NCBI GenBank assembly: GCA_013416795.1
Contig: RQSC01001337.1
Span: 7,593-55,898, forward strand
Direction of reading: 5' to 3'
DNA from: Prasinococcaceae sp. CCMP 1430
Lineage: Eukaryota > Plantae > Prasinodermophyta
Length of the DNA stretch: 48,306 bases
Made by a program: the position numbers and the translations under genes. Below, piece after piece: positions 19,528 to 29,381 of this stretch. A model generated the notes under the pieces. The model was not told where the DNA came from. It made no database searches and worked only from the letters and a program-made list of their open reading frames with translations. Numbering within the stretch: the first letter of the stretch is position 1; every line of letters begins with the position of its first letter.

Positions 19528-21249
19528 TTAGAGGGGGCTGTGCCGCAGCATGTCGCGCGGGCGCACGCGCAGCGCGGAGCATTCGCAGCCCCCGCCGTCG
19601 CACTCGGCGCGCTCGCCCGCGCCCGCGCCCCACGGCAGCGCTCGTGACTCCAGGCGCGCGCGCGCCGAGCCTGCGAGGAGTCGGAGACGCGCGACAGCGC
19701 CACCGAGCGCATCGCGCGCGCTGGCTAAGCGAGGGCCCCACACGCTGCCGTCATCTGCTCGTTCGCGCGTGAGTGCTAGCGTGGGCGACGGTAGGGATGC
19801 CGGCTCGCTGGAATCGTTCGCACGAGCGGTGAGGGCAGCGCACATCAGCCCTCGAAGCCTCAGCCACTCGCCATCGGGACCTGCGCCAACGAGCGCTCCA
19901 ACGGTGCCCCCAAGCAGCGCGTGTGCCTTGGCGACGTCTAGCAGCTCGCGTGCGGTGCTCGCGTGGAATGCGCGCAGGTCGGAGCCGACGCTGCCACGTT
20001 CCTCCCTCGCACGCACATCGGCGGCGAGTGCGGTGCGCACGGCCGGCTCGAGCGCGTGCCACGCGAGGCGCTTGGCGGCGCGGTCGCTCGCGAACAGCAG
20101 CGCGAAGTAGTCCAGCTCGTGGGCAGACACACCCAACTCAGCAGCGGCGCCACGCGCGCGCCCCGCATCTGCCTCGCCGAGAGCTGCCCACAGCGCGGCG
20201 TACGCACGCCTCACGCCGACTGGCAGCTCGCAGTATGCGCCGTGGTCCAACAGCACCACCTCGTGCGCAGCGTACGCGCGGCCGGCCTTGTCGCCCTCCC
20301 ACCTGCGGTCCTCGCCCCCCCTGCGCCGCACGAGCACGTTCCCAGGATGCATGTCGGCGTGCAGTCGCCCGGTGACGAAGAGCATCTCGCCGAGCGCGCC
20401 GCACATTGTGCGCGCGACCGCGCGCGGGGAGAGCCCCGCGGCGCGCAGCGCATCCGCGTCGTCGGGCCGGGCGCCGGCGACGGCCTCCATCACCAGCAGC
20501 CGCCGCGTGGTGAGCGCGTCCATCACGGCGGGCACGGTCACGTTGGCAATCGCACCGCCCGCCCGCGCCGCGGCGCTCTCGAAGTCGGCCTTGCAGCGTC
20601 GGGCGTTGCGGGCCTCGACGCGGAAGTCGAGCTCCTCGCGGAGGCGCGCTCGCATCGCGCGCGGCACCCACGCGAGCGCCGCGCGCTTGGTGTCGCCCCC
20701 CTTGCCGCTGTACATGAGCTTGGCGGCCACGTCACCGAGGAGCACCATCAGCGCAAGGTCGGCACCCATTTGGGCGCCGACGCCCGCGTGCTGCACCTTG
20801 ATTGCGACCTTGCCGCCGCCGAGCGCGGGCGCGAGCGTGGCGAGGTGCACCTGCGCGAGGCTGGCGGAAGCGACGGGCGCCTCATCTATGTGCGCGAAGA
20901 CGGCGTCCACCGACGCGTGGCCATGCGCGCGAAGCTCGGCGCGGAGTACGCGCTCGGCGTCGCGCCACGGGCGCGAGGGAGCTGAGTCGGTGAGCGGAGC
21001 GAGCGCCTGCGCCCACTCGGGCGGCAGCACGCCTGACGCAGAGCAGAACTGTGCAGCCTTGATCCACACGCCGCCGTTGGCTGCGCAGAGCTCCGCAGCG
21101 GCCGCAGCGCACCGCGCGTGCGACGCCGCGAGCGCAGAGGCTGCCGCCGCGTCTGCAGGGTCTCTCTCCAGGCGCGGCTCGTACTCCCTCGACGCCCGCG
21201 CGTGCGCCGCTGCCGTCGCCGCTGGGCGCCGACGTGATACTGAGCGCAT
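19528..21249 (-). CDS. ABC1/UbiB atypical kinase (ADCK1-like)
   Basis: GGVWIKAAQ, PVASASLAQVH, VAIKVQH, ELDFRVEARN, LHADMHPGNVLV and VLLDHG motifs in an uninterrupted ORF. Confidence 0.88.
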   Translation of the reverse strand: MRSVSRRRPAATAAAHARASREYEPRLERDPADAAAASALAASHARCAAAAAELCAANGGVWIKAAQFCSASGVLPPEWAQALAPLTDSAPSRPWRDAERVLRAELRAHGHASVDAVFAHIDEAPVASASLAQVHLATLAPALGGGKVAIKVQHAGVGAQMGADLALMVLLGDVAAKLMYSGKGGDTKRAALAWVPRAMRARLREELDFRVEARNARRCKADFESAAARAGGAIANVTVPAVMDALTTRRLLVMEAVAGARPDDADALRAAGLSPRAVARTMCGALGEMLFVTGRLHADMHPGNVLVRRRGGEDRRWEGDKAGRAYAAHEVVLLDHGAYCELPVGVRRAYAALWAALGEADAGRARGAAAELGVSAHELDYFALLFASDRAAKRLAWHALEPAVRTALAADVRAREERGSVGSDLRAFHASTARELLDVAKAHALLGGTVGALVGAGPDGEWLRLRGLMCAALTARANDSSEPASLPSPTLALTRERADDGSVWGPRLASARDALGGAVARLRLLAGSARARLESRALPWGAGAGERAECDGGGCECSALRVRPRDMLRHSPL

Positions 21250-21554
21250 TGCGCGAGGGGGCGCAGGACGATGCGGCGCTGCTGCCGCTGGCGGAGGAGC
21301 GCGCCGAGGAGGTCATCGCCGCAGAGGTGCTGCGGCGCGGCGCCAAGCGCATCGAGCGCGTGCGCCAGCACGAGCTCGAGCGCGCGGAAAGCAAGGGCTT
21401 GGAGGGCGACGGAGGGGAGATCGTGGGCACAGAGGGCCCCGCGCCGCAGTACGCGGTCAAGACCGCCACCGGCCGCGCGCTGGACGCGTCATCGCACGAC
21501 CTCGCCATCGCGCTCTAGCACGCGTCGCTCTCGCGGAACGTCGCGGAAACGAGC

Positions 21555-24500
21555 ATGGCCGCCAAGGCCGCATCGGAGACGGTGCTGGCGCGCGCCGAGG
21601 CGGAGCTCACGCAACTGCGCAGCGAAACCGCTGCGCAGGCAGAGGAGCTCGGCAGGTTGCGCACAGAGCGCGAGCACCTCACGGCGAGTATGGCCGAAGC
21701 CACCGCCGCCGCAAACGAGAGTGTGGCCGCCGCGCGCATGCAGGTGTCAGCGCTGACGCGCGAGCTGGAAGCCGCGCTGAAGGAGCGCGAGAGCGAGGCG
21801 GCGGCAAGCGCGGCCGCTGGCGCGCGTTCGAAGGGCCAGCTTCGCACCGCGCGGCAGGAGCTCGCGCGGCTCGATGCGTCGCTGCGCGCGAGCGAGTGTG
21901 AGCGGTCCTCCGCGCAGCGGAAGCTCGCCATCGTCAGCTCGCAGCTGGAGGCGCTGCTGGCAGATGAGGCGACCTCGCGGGCCGAGGTCGAGCGCATCAT
22001 CGCCGCGCTGCGCGCGCAGGTCGAGGAGAGTCAGACGCAAGGCGCTGCTGAGAGCAGCCGAGCCGCCGACAGGATCGAGGAGCTGGTGCGCGCCAAGGGA
22101 GCAGCCGAGGAGGCCCTGACTGCTTGCAAGGCCCAGGCCAGTGCCGAGCTCGCGAGGACAAAGGCAGACATGCAGGCGGCGCACGAGGAAACGAAAGCGG
22201 AGGTGACCGCTGCGCGCAACGAGGCTCGGCGCGCGCGCGAGGAGGGTGCGTCCATGTCCGCCAGCTTTGCCCACCGTAACGCGGCCGCCGACGAGACCCT
22301 GCAGCGCTCCATGGATGGGCGCCTCGCGCTGGAGGCCCGGTGCACAAACCTTGAGGCCGAACGCGCGCGCTCGGCAGCCCTCGCCGATACCGCGAAGAGA
22401 GAGGCCGATGCCGCAAAGCGCAAGGCCGACGATGCAATGCACCGCGCCGAACAGTATCAGAATGATCTTCTCGCTGAGCGTCGCGCGCGGCAGGAAGAGG
22501 AGCTGCGGCGCCCGAATCCAGCCGAACTGTTCGATGCCGACGCGGTCGAGGCGCGAGTGCGCGCCGCCACCGCCGAGAAGGAGCTGCAACTAAAGGTCGC
22601 GCACATGGCCGAGCTGGCGACCACACGCAATGAGCTCGAGGCGCTCGTCCAAGAGAGGGTGAACGAGGCGCTCGAGACTGCAGGTGAGCGCCACGCGAAG
22701 GAGCTCCAGGCGGCCGAGGGACGCGTGGAGGAGGAACGCGCGCGGGTGCAGGAGGCGCACGACCGCATTGCGGAGGAGGAAGAGCGTGGGAAAAGGGGTC
22801 TGGAGGAGCTCCGCGAGCAGGCGAATGGGGAGCTCGATGCGGCGCGCGAGCGGCTGGCAGCTCAGGCAGCGATGTCTGAGGAAAAGCTTGAGGTCCAGGC
22901 AAAGGCTTTTGAGGAGAAGCTGTCCGTTGCTGCCGCGGCGAGCTCAATCGAGCAAATTGAGCTACGCGACACAAGGAAGGCGCTTGCGGACGCGCGGAGC
23001 GAGAACGTGCACCTGCGAGCGGAAGTTGCGAGCGTCACGCAAGCGCTCTCGTCTCTCGAAACGAAGTACGCGGAGAACACCTCGGCGTTCAAGGGGGAGT
23101 GCGCCGAGCAACGAAGCGAGCTGCAGCGGACGCGCAAGGAGGCACAGGAGGTTCTCGAACGCACGCGCAGTGTACTCGAGGATGACATGGCGCGTGTGCG
23201 CAAATCCCACTCAAGCGAAGTCGCGCGCGTGCGCGCTGATCACGCGGACGAGCTTTCACGGGTGCGCGATGAGATGGCCGAGCTGCGCGAGGCACTGGAG
23301 AGGGCGCGGCAGAGCGCGGAAACGCAGCGGAAGGACTTCGAGGCCGAGCGCAAGGTGATCGCCGCAGATGCCGAGGCAAAGGCGACGCACCTTCTCGAGG
23401 AGGCCGGCGAGAGGGAGGCGGACTTGCGTTCAGAGCTCAAGCACGCCAAGACGCAGCAGACTAGCGATGAGCTTACCAACTCGCAGCTATCGACGCAGCT
23501 CAGTGAACAGTTGGCCAAAACGCGCGAGGCGAAGGCTGAGGCTGACACTTTGAAGGCACGCAACAAGACGCTCGAGGCTCGCCACGTTCGCACTTCGAAG
23601 GCCCTGATGAAACTGAATGCTGGCATCGTCATCCAGCTCCGAGAGCTTAAGGCGCAGCTCGCCGAGCTCGAGAGCACGGTCCAGATTGAGGTCACGCGCG
23701 TCATGGCAGACTTTGAGCGGCAAATGGACGCCTTCAAGTGGACGTACAAGGGCATTCTCGAGCGCGAGACCGCTGATGCGGGAGAGGACGCACAGAGCGC
23801 CGCGCGCGACGCTGTGGCGTCCCTACGAGCACGCCACGAGCAAGAGACTGCCGAGTGCAAGGCCGAGTTTCACCGCGCGATTTCCACCGCCACAGACGCG
23901 TTGGTCGTCAAAGAGAAGGAGCTCGAGGAGCTGCGGAGAGACTTGGATGTCCACAAGCTGCGCGTTGCGGAGTTTGAGCAGCGTGAAACCAGCCGTGCGC
24001 CTATGGATGAGAGCGTCAAAACGCTCAAGACGCAACTTCACGCCTCGGAGATGCAAGTGACTGAGCTCACGCGCTCGTTGGAGGGGAAGAACGAGTGCGT
24101 GGCGCTGCTTGGAACGGTGGTTACATCCTACTTCGAGGTGCCGGAGTCTTACGCGGAGAGCCTGAAGTTCGCCACCGACCGCACCGCTTTCATGATGGCA
24201 GTGCAATACCTCGGGCAGCGCATGGGCGAATCGGCCGATCAAGCATCTAAGGGCAAGGGGGTGGACAAACTCAAAGAGCGCGTGCTGGAGCTCTCAGAGG
24301 AGAACGCGGCCCTGCGTACGCGCGCTACAGTGCTGGAGGGCAAAGTCGAAGTGGCGACGCTCGAGCACGATCGTGAGCTCGGGGCCGCGCGCGACGCGGC
24401 CGCTGCGCACATGGAAAATGTGCTCGCGGAGGCGCGCGAAGAGTGGCGCGGCACCTTGCTTGCGATGCGCGGCGAGCTCGCGGCGCTCGATAGCTCCGTC

Positions 24501-24578
24501 GCCATGGTTGCCGCGGAGGCGGCTGCCGAGGAGGTGGACGTGGCTGCGCAGGCCGTCTCTAGCGATGCACTAGCATAG
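21555..24578 (+). CDS. Large intronless coiled-coil protein (1007 aa) of unknown function
   Basis: A 3 kb ORF rich in E/A/R/K/L with heptad-like periodicity throughout and no recognisable globular domain. Confidence 0.8.
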   Translation: MAAKAASETVLARAEAELTQLRSETAAQAEELGRLRTEREHLTASMAEATAAANESVAAARMQVSALTRELEAALKERESEAAASAAAGARSKGQLRTARQELARLDASLRASECERSSAQRKLAIVSSQLEALLADEATSRAEVERIIAALRAQVEESQTQGAAESSRAADRIEELVRAKGAAEEALTACKAQASAELARTKADMQAAHEETKAEVTAARNEARRAREEGASMSASFAHRNAAADETLQRSMDGRLALEARCTNLEAERARSAALADTAKREADAAKRKADDAMHRAEQYQNDLLAERRARQEEELRRPNPAELFDADAVEARVRAATAEKELQLKVAHMAELATTRNELEALVQERVNEALETAGERHAKELQAAEGRVEEERARVQEAHDRIAEEEERGKRGLEELREQANGELDAARERLAAQAAMSEEKLEVQAKAFEEKLSVAAAASSIEQIELRDTRKALADARSENVHLRAEVASVTQALSSLETKYAENTSAFKGECAEQRSELQRTRKEAQEVLERTRSVLEDDMARVRKSHSSEVARVRADHADELSRVRDEMAELREALERARQSAETQRKDFEAERKVIAADAEAKATHLLEEAGEREADLRSELKHAKTQQTSDELTNSQLSTQLSEQLAKTREAKAEADTLKARNKTLEARHVRTSKALMKLNAGIVIQLRELKAQLAELESTVQIEVTRVMADFERQMDAFKWTYKGILERETADAGEDAQSAARDAVASLRARHEQETAECKAEFHRAISTATDALVVKEKELEELRRDLDVHKLRVAEFEQRETSRAPMDESVKTLKTQLHASEMQVTELTRSLEGKNECVALLGTVVTSYFEVPESYAESLKFATDRTAFMMAVQYLGQRMGESADQASKGKGVDKLKERVLELSEENAALRTRATVLEGKVEVATLEHDRELGAARDAAAAHMENVLAEAREEWRGTLLAMRGELAALDSSVAMVAAEAAAEEVDVAAQAVSSDALA

Positions 24579-24793
24579 CCACAGAGGCACACGCGCGACA
24601 CGTCCTCGCCTTGGCAGTGCCTCGGCCCCGTTCCCAGCGCCCTGCTCAGGTAGATGGGTGGGTGGCGACGTGCGAATTCAGCAACCCACGCCACAGCAGG
24701 GCGTGGGGATCGCATCGCAAAAATCACAATTGTTACAGTACATTTTTTATCCTCCACCGCTTGCTCTACCGACGCCCAGCGCGACAGCTCGAG

Positions 24794-27700
24794 CTAGTCG
24801 CCTTGCTCACCGATCGAAAAGAGCCGGCGCAGGTCCTGTGTTCTCGCCTTGGCGGCTTCCGCGGGGGACAGCTTCCGCAACGCCCCGGAGCCGATAGCCG
24901 CCTTGGCCTCCTGCAGCTCCAACAGCTTCTCTTCGAGAGTGTCCTCGGTCACTGCGCGCCCGCGAGGAAATACGTCAGTGTGCGACCGGGGAGCGCCGAG
25001 CACGCTTTGCGGCGTGAATGGCTTGAGCGGCTAAGCGCCGTGCGCGCGCGCGCCCGAATGCGAAGGGCGCTGCATCAGGGATGACGCACCGAATCTCGTG
25101 ACCGTGACTGGGAGCGTCTGCCCAAGGCGATGGACTCTATCCCAGGCTTGCGCTTCCACCGCCTCGTTCCACCACAGGTCCATCATAAACACCCGATTGG
25201 CCGCAGTGAGGTTGAGGCCTTGTCCGCCAGCACGCGTAGAAACCAGCAGCACGCGCGCAGTACCGTCTTGCAGCGCATGCATCGCGGCTGCACGCTGTTC
25301 GGCAGTGCGCGAGCCATCGATGCGCGCCGTGGTCCAGCGCTCGGATTTTAGGCTGGCCTCAATGATGTCCAAAAAGCTAGTGAACTGGCTGAAAACCACA
25401 GCCCGCTTGTCAGGCCCCTCCGCACGCATGCCTTCTAGGCACTCGAGAAGCGCCGCGACCTTCGGCGGCGTGGTCTCGCTCGCCGCCGGAGGGCCTTCTG
25501 CTCCCGTCCCCGCCCCAGCGGAGCCGTCGTTGGCCACGCGTCGCTTCTCGAGCTCGGCAATAGATAGCAGGTCGCCGAGGCGGAAGTCCTGCCGGCACAT
25601 TGGACAGCGCGCCGTTTGCTGCTTGCGGCGCGGGTCGACGTCCATGACTCTCATGATACAAGGCTTGCAGAACGAGTGGGAGCAATTTCGCAAAATCCGA
25701 ACCTCAACATCGGACTGCGGCTGCAGACAGATGGCGCACTCGAAGTCATCCTCGCCGTCATCGAGGGCGCTCTTAAGCCGCGTAAATAGGTTTGCTACTT
25801 CCTCTTTGGAGAGATCCGGGGCTCCACCGCTCGCGCGGCGTGCCTTACCTGCAGCGGCGAGCATTTTTGCCGCAACGTCCAGGCGCTCGGGAGGCACCAA
25901 AGAGCGCGCGCAGCACGCCTGGCGCAGTCGCATGATGCATTCGAGAATGGACATGTAGTGCTCTGTCGCAGTGCCCAACTCAATCGCAGCGGCGATGGCC
26001 ACCCTCGCGCTGTCGAAGAGCGTCGAATAACTTTCGCGGTGCGGCGGGTCGAACACAACCTTCTGGACGACGATGGTCTTTGGAGGCAGTTCAGCTCCCA
26101 GCACGCTCTTCGGCCTGCGCAGGCTGATGGTCTTAAGCAGGAGCCGCAGGCGCGCCAGTCCGGCTCGGTCACCTTCGCGGATCGGGCGCGCAACCGCGCG
26201 ATTGAAGATCTGAGGCTCGTTGAGTGGCTGAGCTCCAAGGAAGGCCAGAACGCCGTACACATCCCCCGCGCTGTTCTGAATCGGCGTTCCAGTGAGCGCC
26301 CACCGCAGGCGGGCGTGCAGGGCACAGACCGCCTTGAAAGCCTTGGTTTGCCTGTTGCGTACAGTATGCGCCTCATCGAGAACGGCTCGGTGCCAACGCA
26401 CGGACAGAACGCCTGGTGGTGGCGCCGGCTTTGCGCCGAGAGAGCACGCGTCCAGGTAAGCCTCGTGGTCGGCCAGCTCTCCACTGAGGGTGCTGTACGA
26501 GGTGATCACCACGTCAGCTTCGCGCAGCCTAGGCGCGAGCGCATGCCTGCCCGGTCCGTGCCAGACCACAACTGTCAGAGTACCGTGAGCGATGTGCTCC
26601 TCTATCTGCGTCGCCCAATTTTCCAAGACGGACACAGGCGCGACGATCAGCGTGCCTCGGGCACACGCAGCGGCTGGGGCTGTCGTAAGCCGTTTGGCCC
26701 TCCCCGTGCTTTGAGCGCTCGTCTTTCGTCGCTTTGCCGTCGGCTGCAGCTCCCTAAGCCGCGGCGCTACAGCATTGCCAGCGTAGAGCGCCGCCGTCCC
26801 CCCCGCCGCGTCGAGCGCGGCCCACGCACGCGCGGCGAGAGCGTCCTTGTTCCCGGATTTGCTCACGCACGACACTACACACAATTCGCGTAGCTGATTC
26901 ACCTTGAGCAAGAGCAGGTCACGCTCTGTAGAGAGCGCGCGTCCCCACAGTTCTCGCGCACGGTCAAGCATCTGCACCCACGTTTTGATGAACGGGGCAT
27001 TAGACTGACACTCAGATGCACCCTCGAGGAGCGACGCCGGCCCACCAACCTTCGCGAGGGCAGCCCACGCGCGCGCGGCCAGAGCGTCCTTGTTGCCAGA
27101 CTTTGACACAGCCGACACCTGACAGAGCGTGCGAAGTTGCGCCAGCGTGAGTGCAGTCTGAAGGTCGCACGAGTCGGATGCCACTCGTCCACAAACCTCG
27201 CGTACTACTGAGAACATCTCGCGCCATGTGCTGGCAAATGCGGGCGCAAAATTCGAAAGAGCCAGCTCCGACGAAGTCGTGGCAGTGGGCACAGGGGCAT
27301 CTTCTTCGCTGCCCTTCGCGTCTGCGATAGCAGCAGCGTGACCAGGAGTCTGAGCGGCTTCGCTCAGAGTGGCCGAGGGGCACTCGTAGACCACACCTGT
27401 GGGCGGGTTGGACAGAATGACTGCAAGCGTTTGTAAGGTCTTGCCGTTGCCCATGTCGTCTGCGAGGAGACCTCCAAATACCGGCGATGGCCGCGCTGTG
27501 GTCGAGGTACTGGTGACAGAGTTGTAAAAAACCTGCCTGCCCAACTCTAGTCGCTCTTCAAAGAATGTCGGCAGGACGCTCGGGGCCTGCCGCTCGCGTG
27601 AGAGCATCCAAGCAACGCCTCTTTTCTGGTGCTCTCGAAGGGATGACGTGAGTTGCGGGGGCTCGACGAAACTGTCGGTGGATGCGCCCTCCTGCTCAGA

Positions 27701-28924
27701 AGCCAGCTTGTCGAAGAGTTCATCCAGTTCCCTTTGAGCACGGGCAGGGTTGAACTCGTACGAGACGCCCAAGGCGCCGCGCCCGCCGCCGCCCTCGGTG
27801 CTATCATATGCGCCGCTCCCGCTCGGCCCGCCGGGCAGTGCCGCGCCCCCCCTCCGCAACACATGGCCAGCCAGCCGTAGATTTTCCACAACCCACGACA
27901 TATCGCCCGGCGTCCCGTACAGCGCGAGCGTGACGGGCATCGTGAAGATATTGCTCAGATCTCGCGGGATCGTGGCCTCCACCCGCGGCCCCCCGGACGC
28001 GGTATGGTCCAAAATCCGGCGCAGCGCCGCGGCGGTGCCGCGCTTGATGTGGCCAACCTGCTTTCCGTCGAAGTTATCCACGCGGACGGCATTCGGATCA
28101 TACGGATTGTTCGGCTCTCTGACGAGGGTGACGTACTCACCCGCGTGGGCAATGCCCTCATAGTATCGGCAGCCTACCACAGCCGCTTCGAATTGCCCGT
28201 AGAAGACCTCGCGCGAGAACTCATCCCCGAGGTCGTCTGCAGCCATATGCTGCGTCTCGTTGACGGCGGCATCCGCCCGCGCGCTCACGCCTGCAGCAAG
28301 CGCGGCAGGCGCAGGCGAGCGTAACGACGCCGAGGGCGGCAGAGCTGCGGGCGCAGGTGCAGGTGGCTCCGCAGGCTCCGCGCCAAAAGTGAGCGAGGAG
28401 CATTGGGGCGACCGCTGCCGTATGGCCTCGCGGATGGACGAGGGCAGCCGCCCGTACCCTGGATGTTGGCCACGCGGAGCGCGCGCGTGTGCGAATTAGC
28501 GCGAAGGAGAGGCAGTGACATCGCGTGCGCGATCGAGAGCGTGTTCGCACGCATCGCACGCACCCTCGAAGTTCTTTGGGTTGCCGTTGCGGTGGCACGC
28601 AAAGTGCCGCCATTGGAAGTACTCGCCCCAGTCGCCATGCGCCTTCAGCAGCTCGCGCAAAAAATGGCGCCAGCGGTCAGCGTCGGTGCGCAGGGACGCC
28701 GTATGTGCGTGCGTGGCGGCGTTTCCACCCTATGCGTGCGCGCGTGTTTGTGTAGGTGTGCGGGGCGGTGTGGGATGGGGTAAGGGAGGGAACTCGCACA
28801 GCGTGCTCCCGGCCCCGCTACGCACCTCAGTGCCCACGCGCACCGAGCCGCGCGCAATATTGGACCCGCACGAGCGGCAGCGCGCGCGGCCGCTCGCCGC
28901 GAGCTCCACGCGCTTGCGTGGCAT
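24794..28924 (-). CDS. HLTF/RAD5-like SNF2 helicase-E3 ligase: zf-PARP-like finger + HIRAN + SNF2_N (two SAP-motif inserts) + RING + helicase C; about 1234 aa
   Basis: Exons 28924-28826, 28642-28564, 28458-25090 and 24951-24794 total 3705 nt in frame. HIRAN (VVGCRYY...LVREPNNPYDPNAVRV...QVGHI), GGLLADDMGNGKT, VLDEAH, ALTGTPIQN, RING CAIC...CSHSFCKPC...CPMC, VVFSQF and QAWDRVHRLGQ. Confidence 0.9.
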
Positions 28925-29381
28925 CCCTGCTGCCGCGCGCCGCCGCCACTGCGCAAGCGCCCCCGCCGTGCGCGGGGTGCGCGCGGAACGGGGTGGGGGT
29001 GGGGTGCGGGGGGGCGGGGGGAAGGGGGGCAGGGCACCCCGCCCAGCGTCTGGCAGTGCCACTCGCGCGTTGCTGCGCTGCTGCAGAGAGCTCGCCGTGA
29101 GCCGTTTCGAAAGCGCAATGCAATGTGATGGCGAACATCCATCCGGACGTCAAAATGCATTGAGGCGGAGAAAAGCCGCGGGCGCGCGCGAGCGCCGGCG
29201 CGACACACGGCGTGCGTGCGTGCGCCGCGTGGGCACAACTCCTCGTACTGGCGTCGCGCGACCTGCCCCACGCCTGCGCCTGCTGCGGCGCCCGGGCGCT
29301 GGCTTCACGCGCGTGAGGCGCACGAGCTGGTGACGGGCCGGACGCCCTCGGCGTCCGCGTCCGCGTCGGCGTCGGCGCGAA

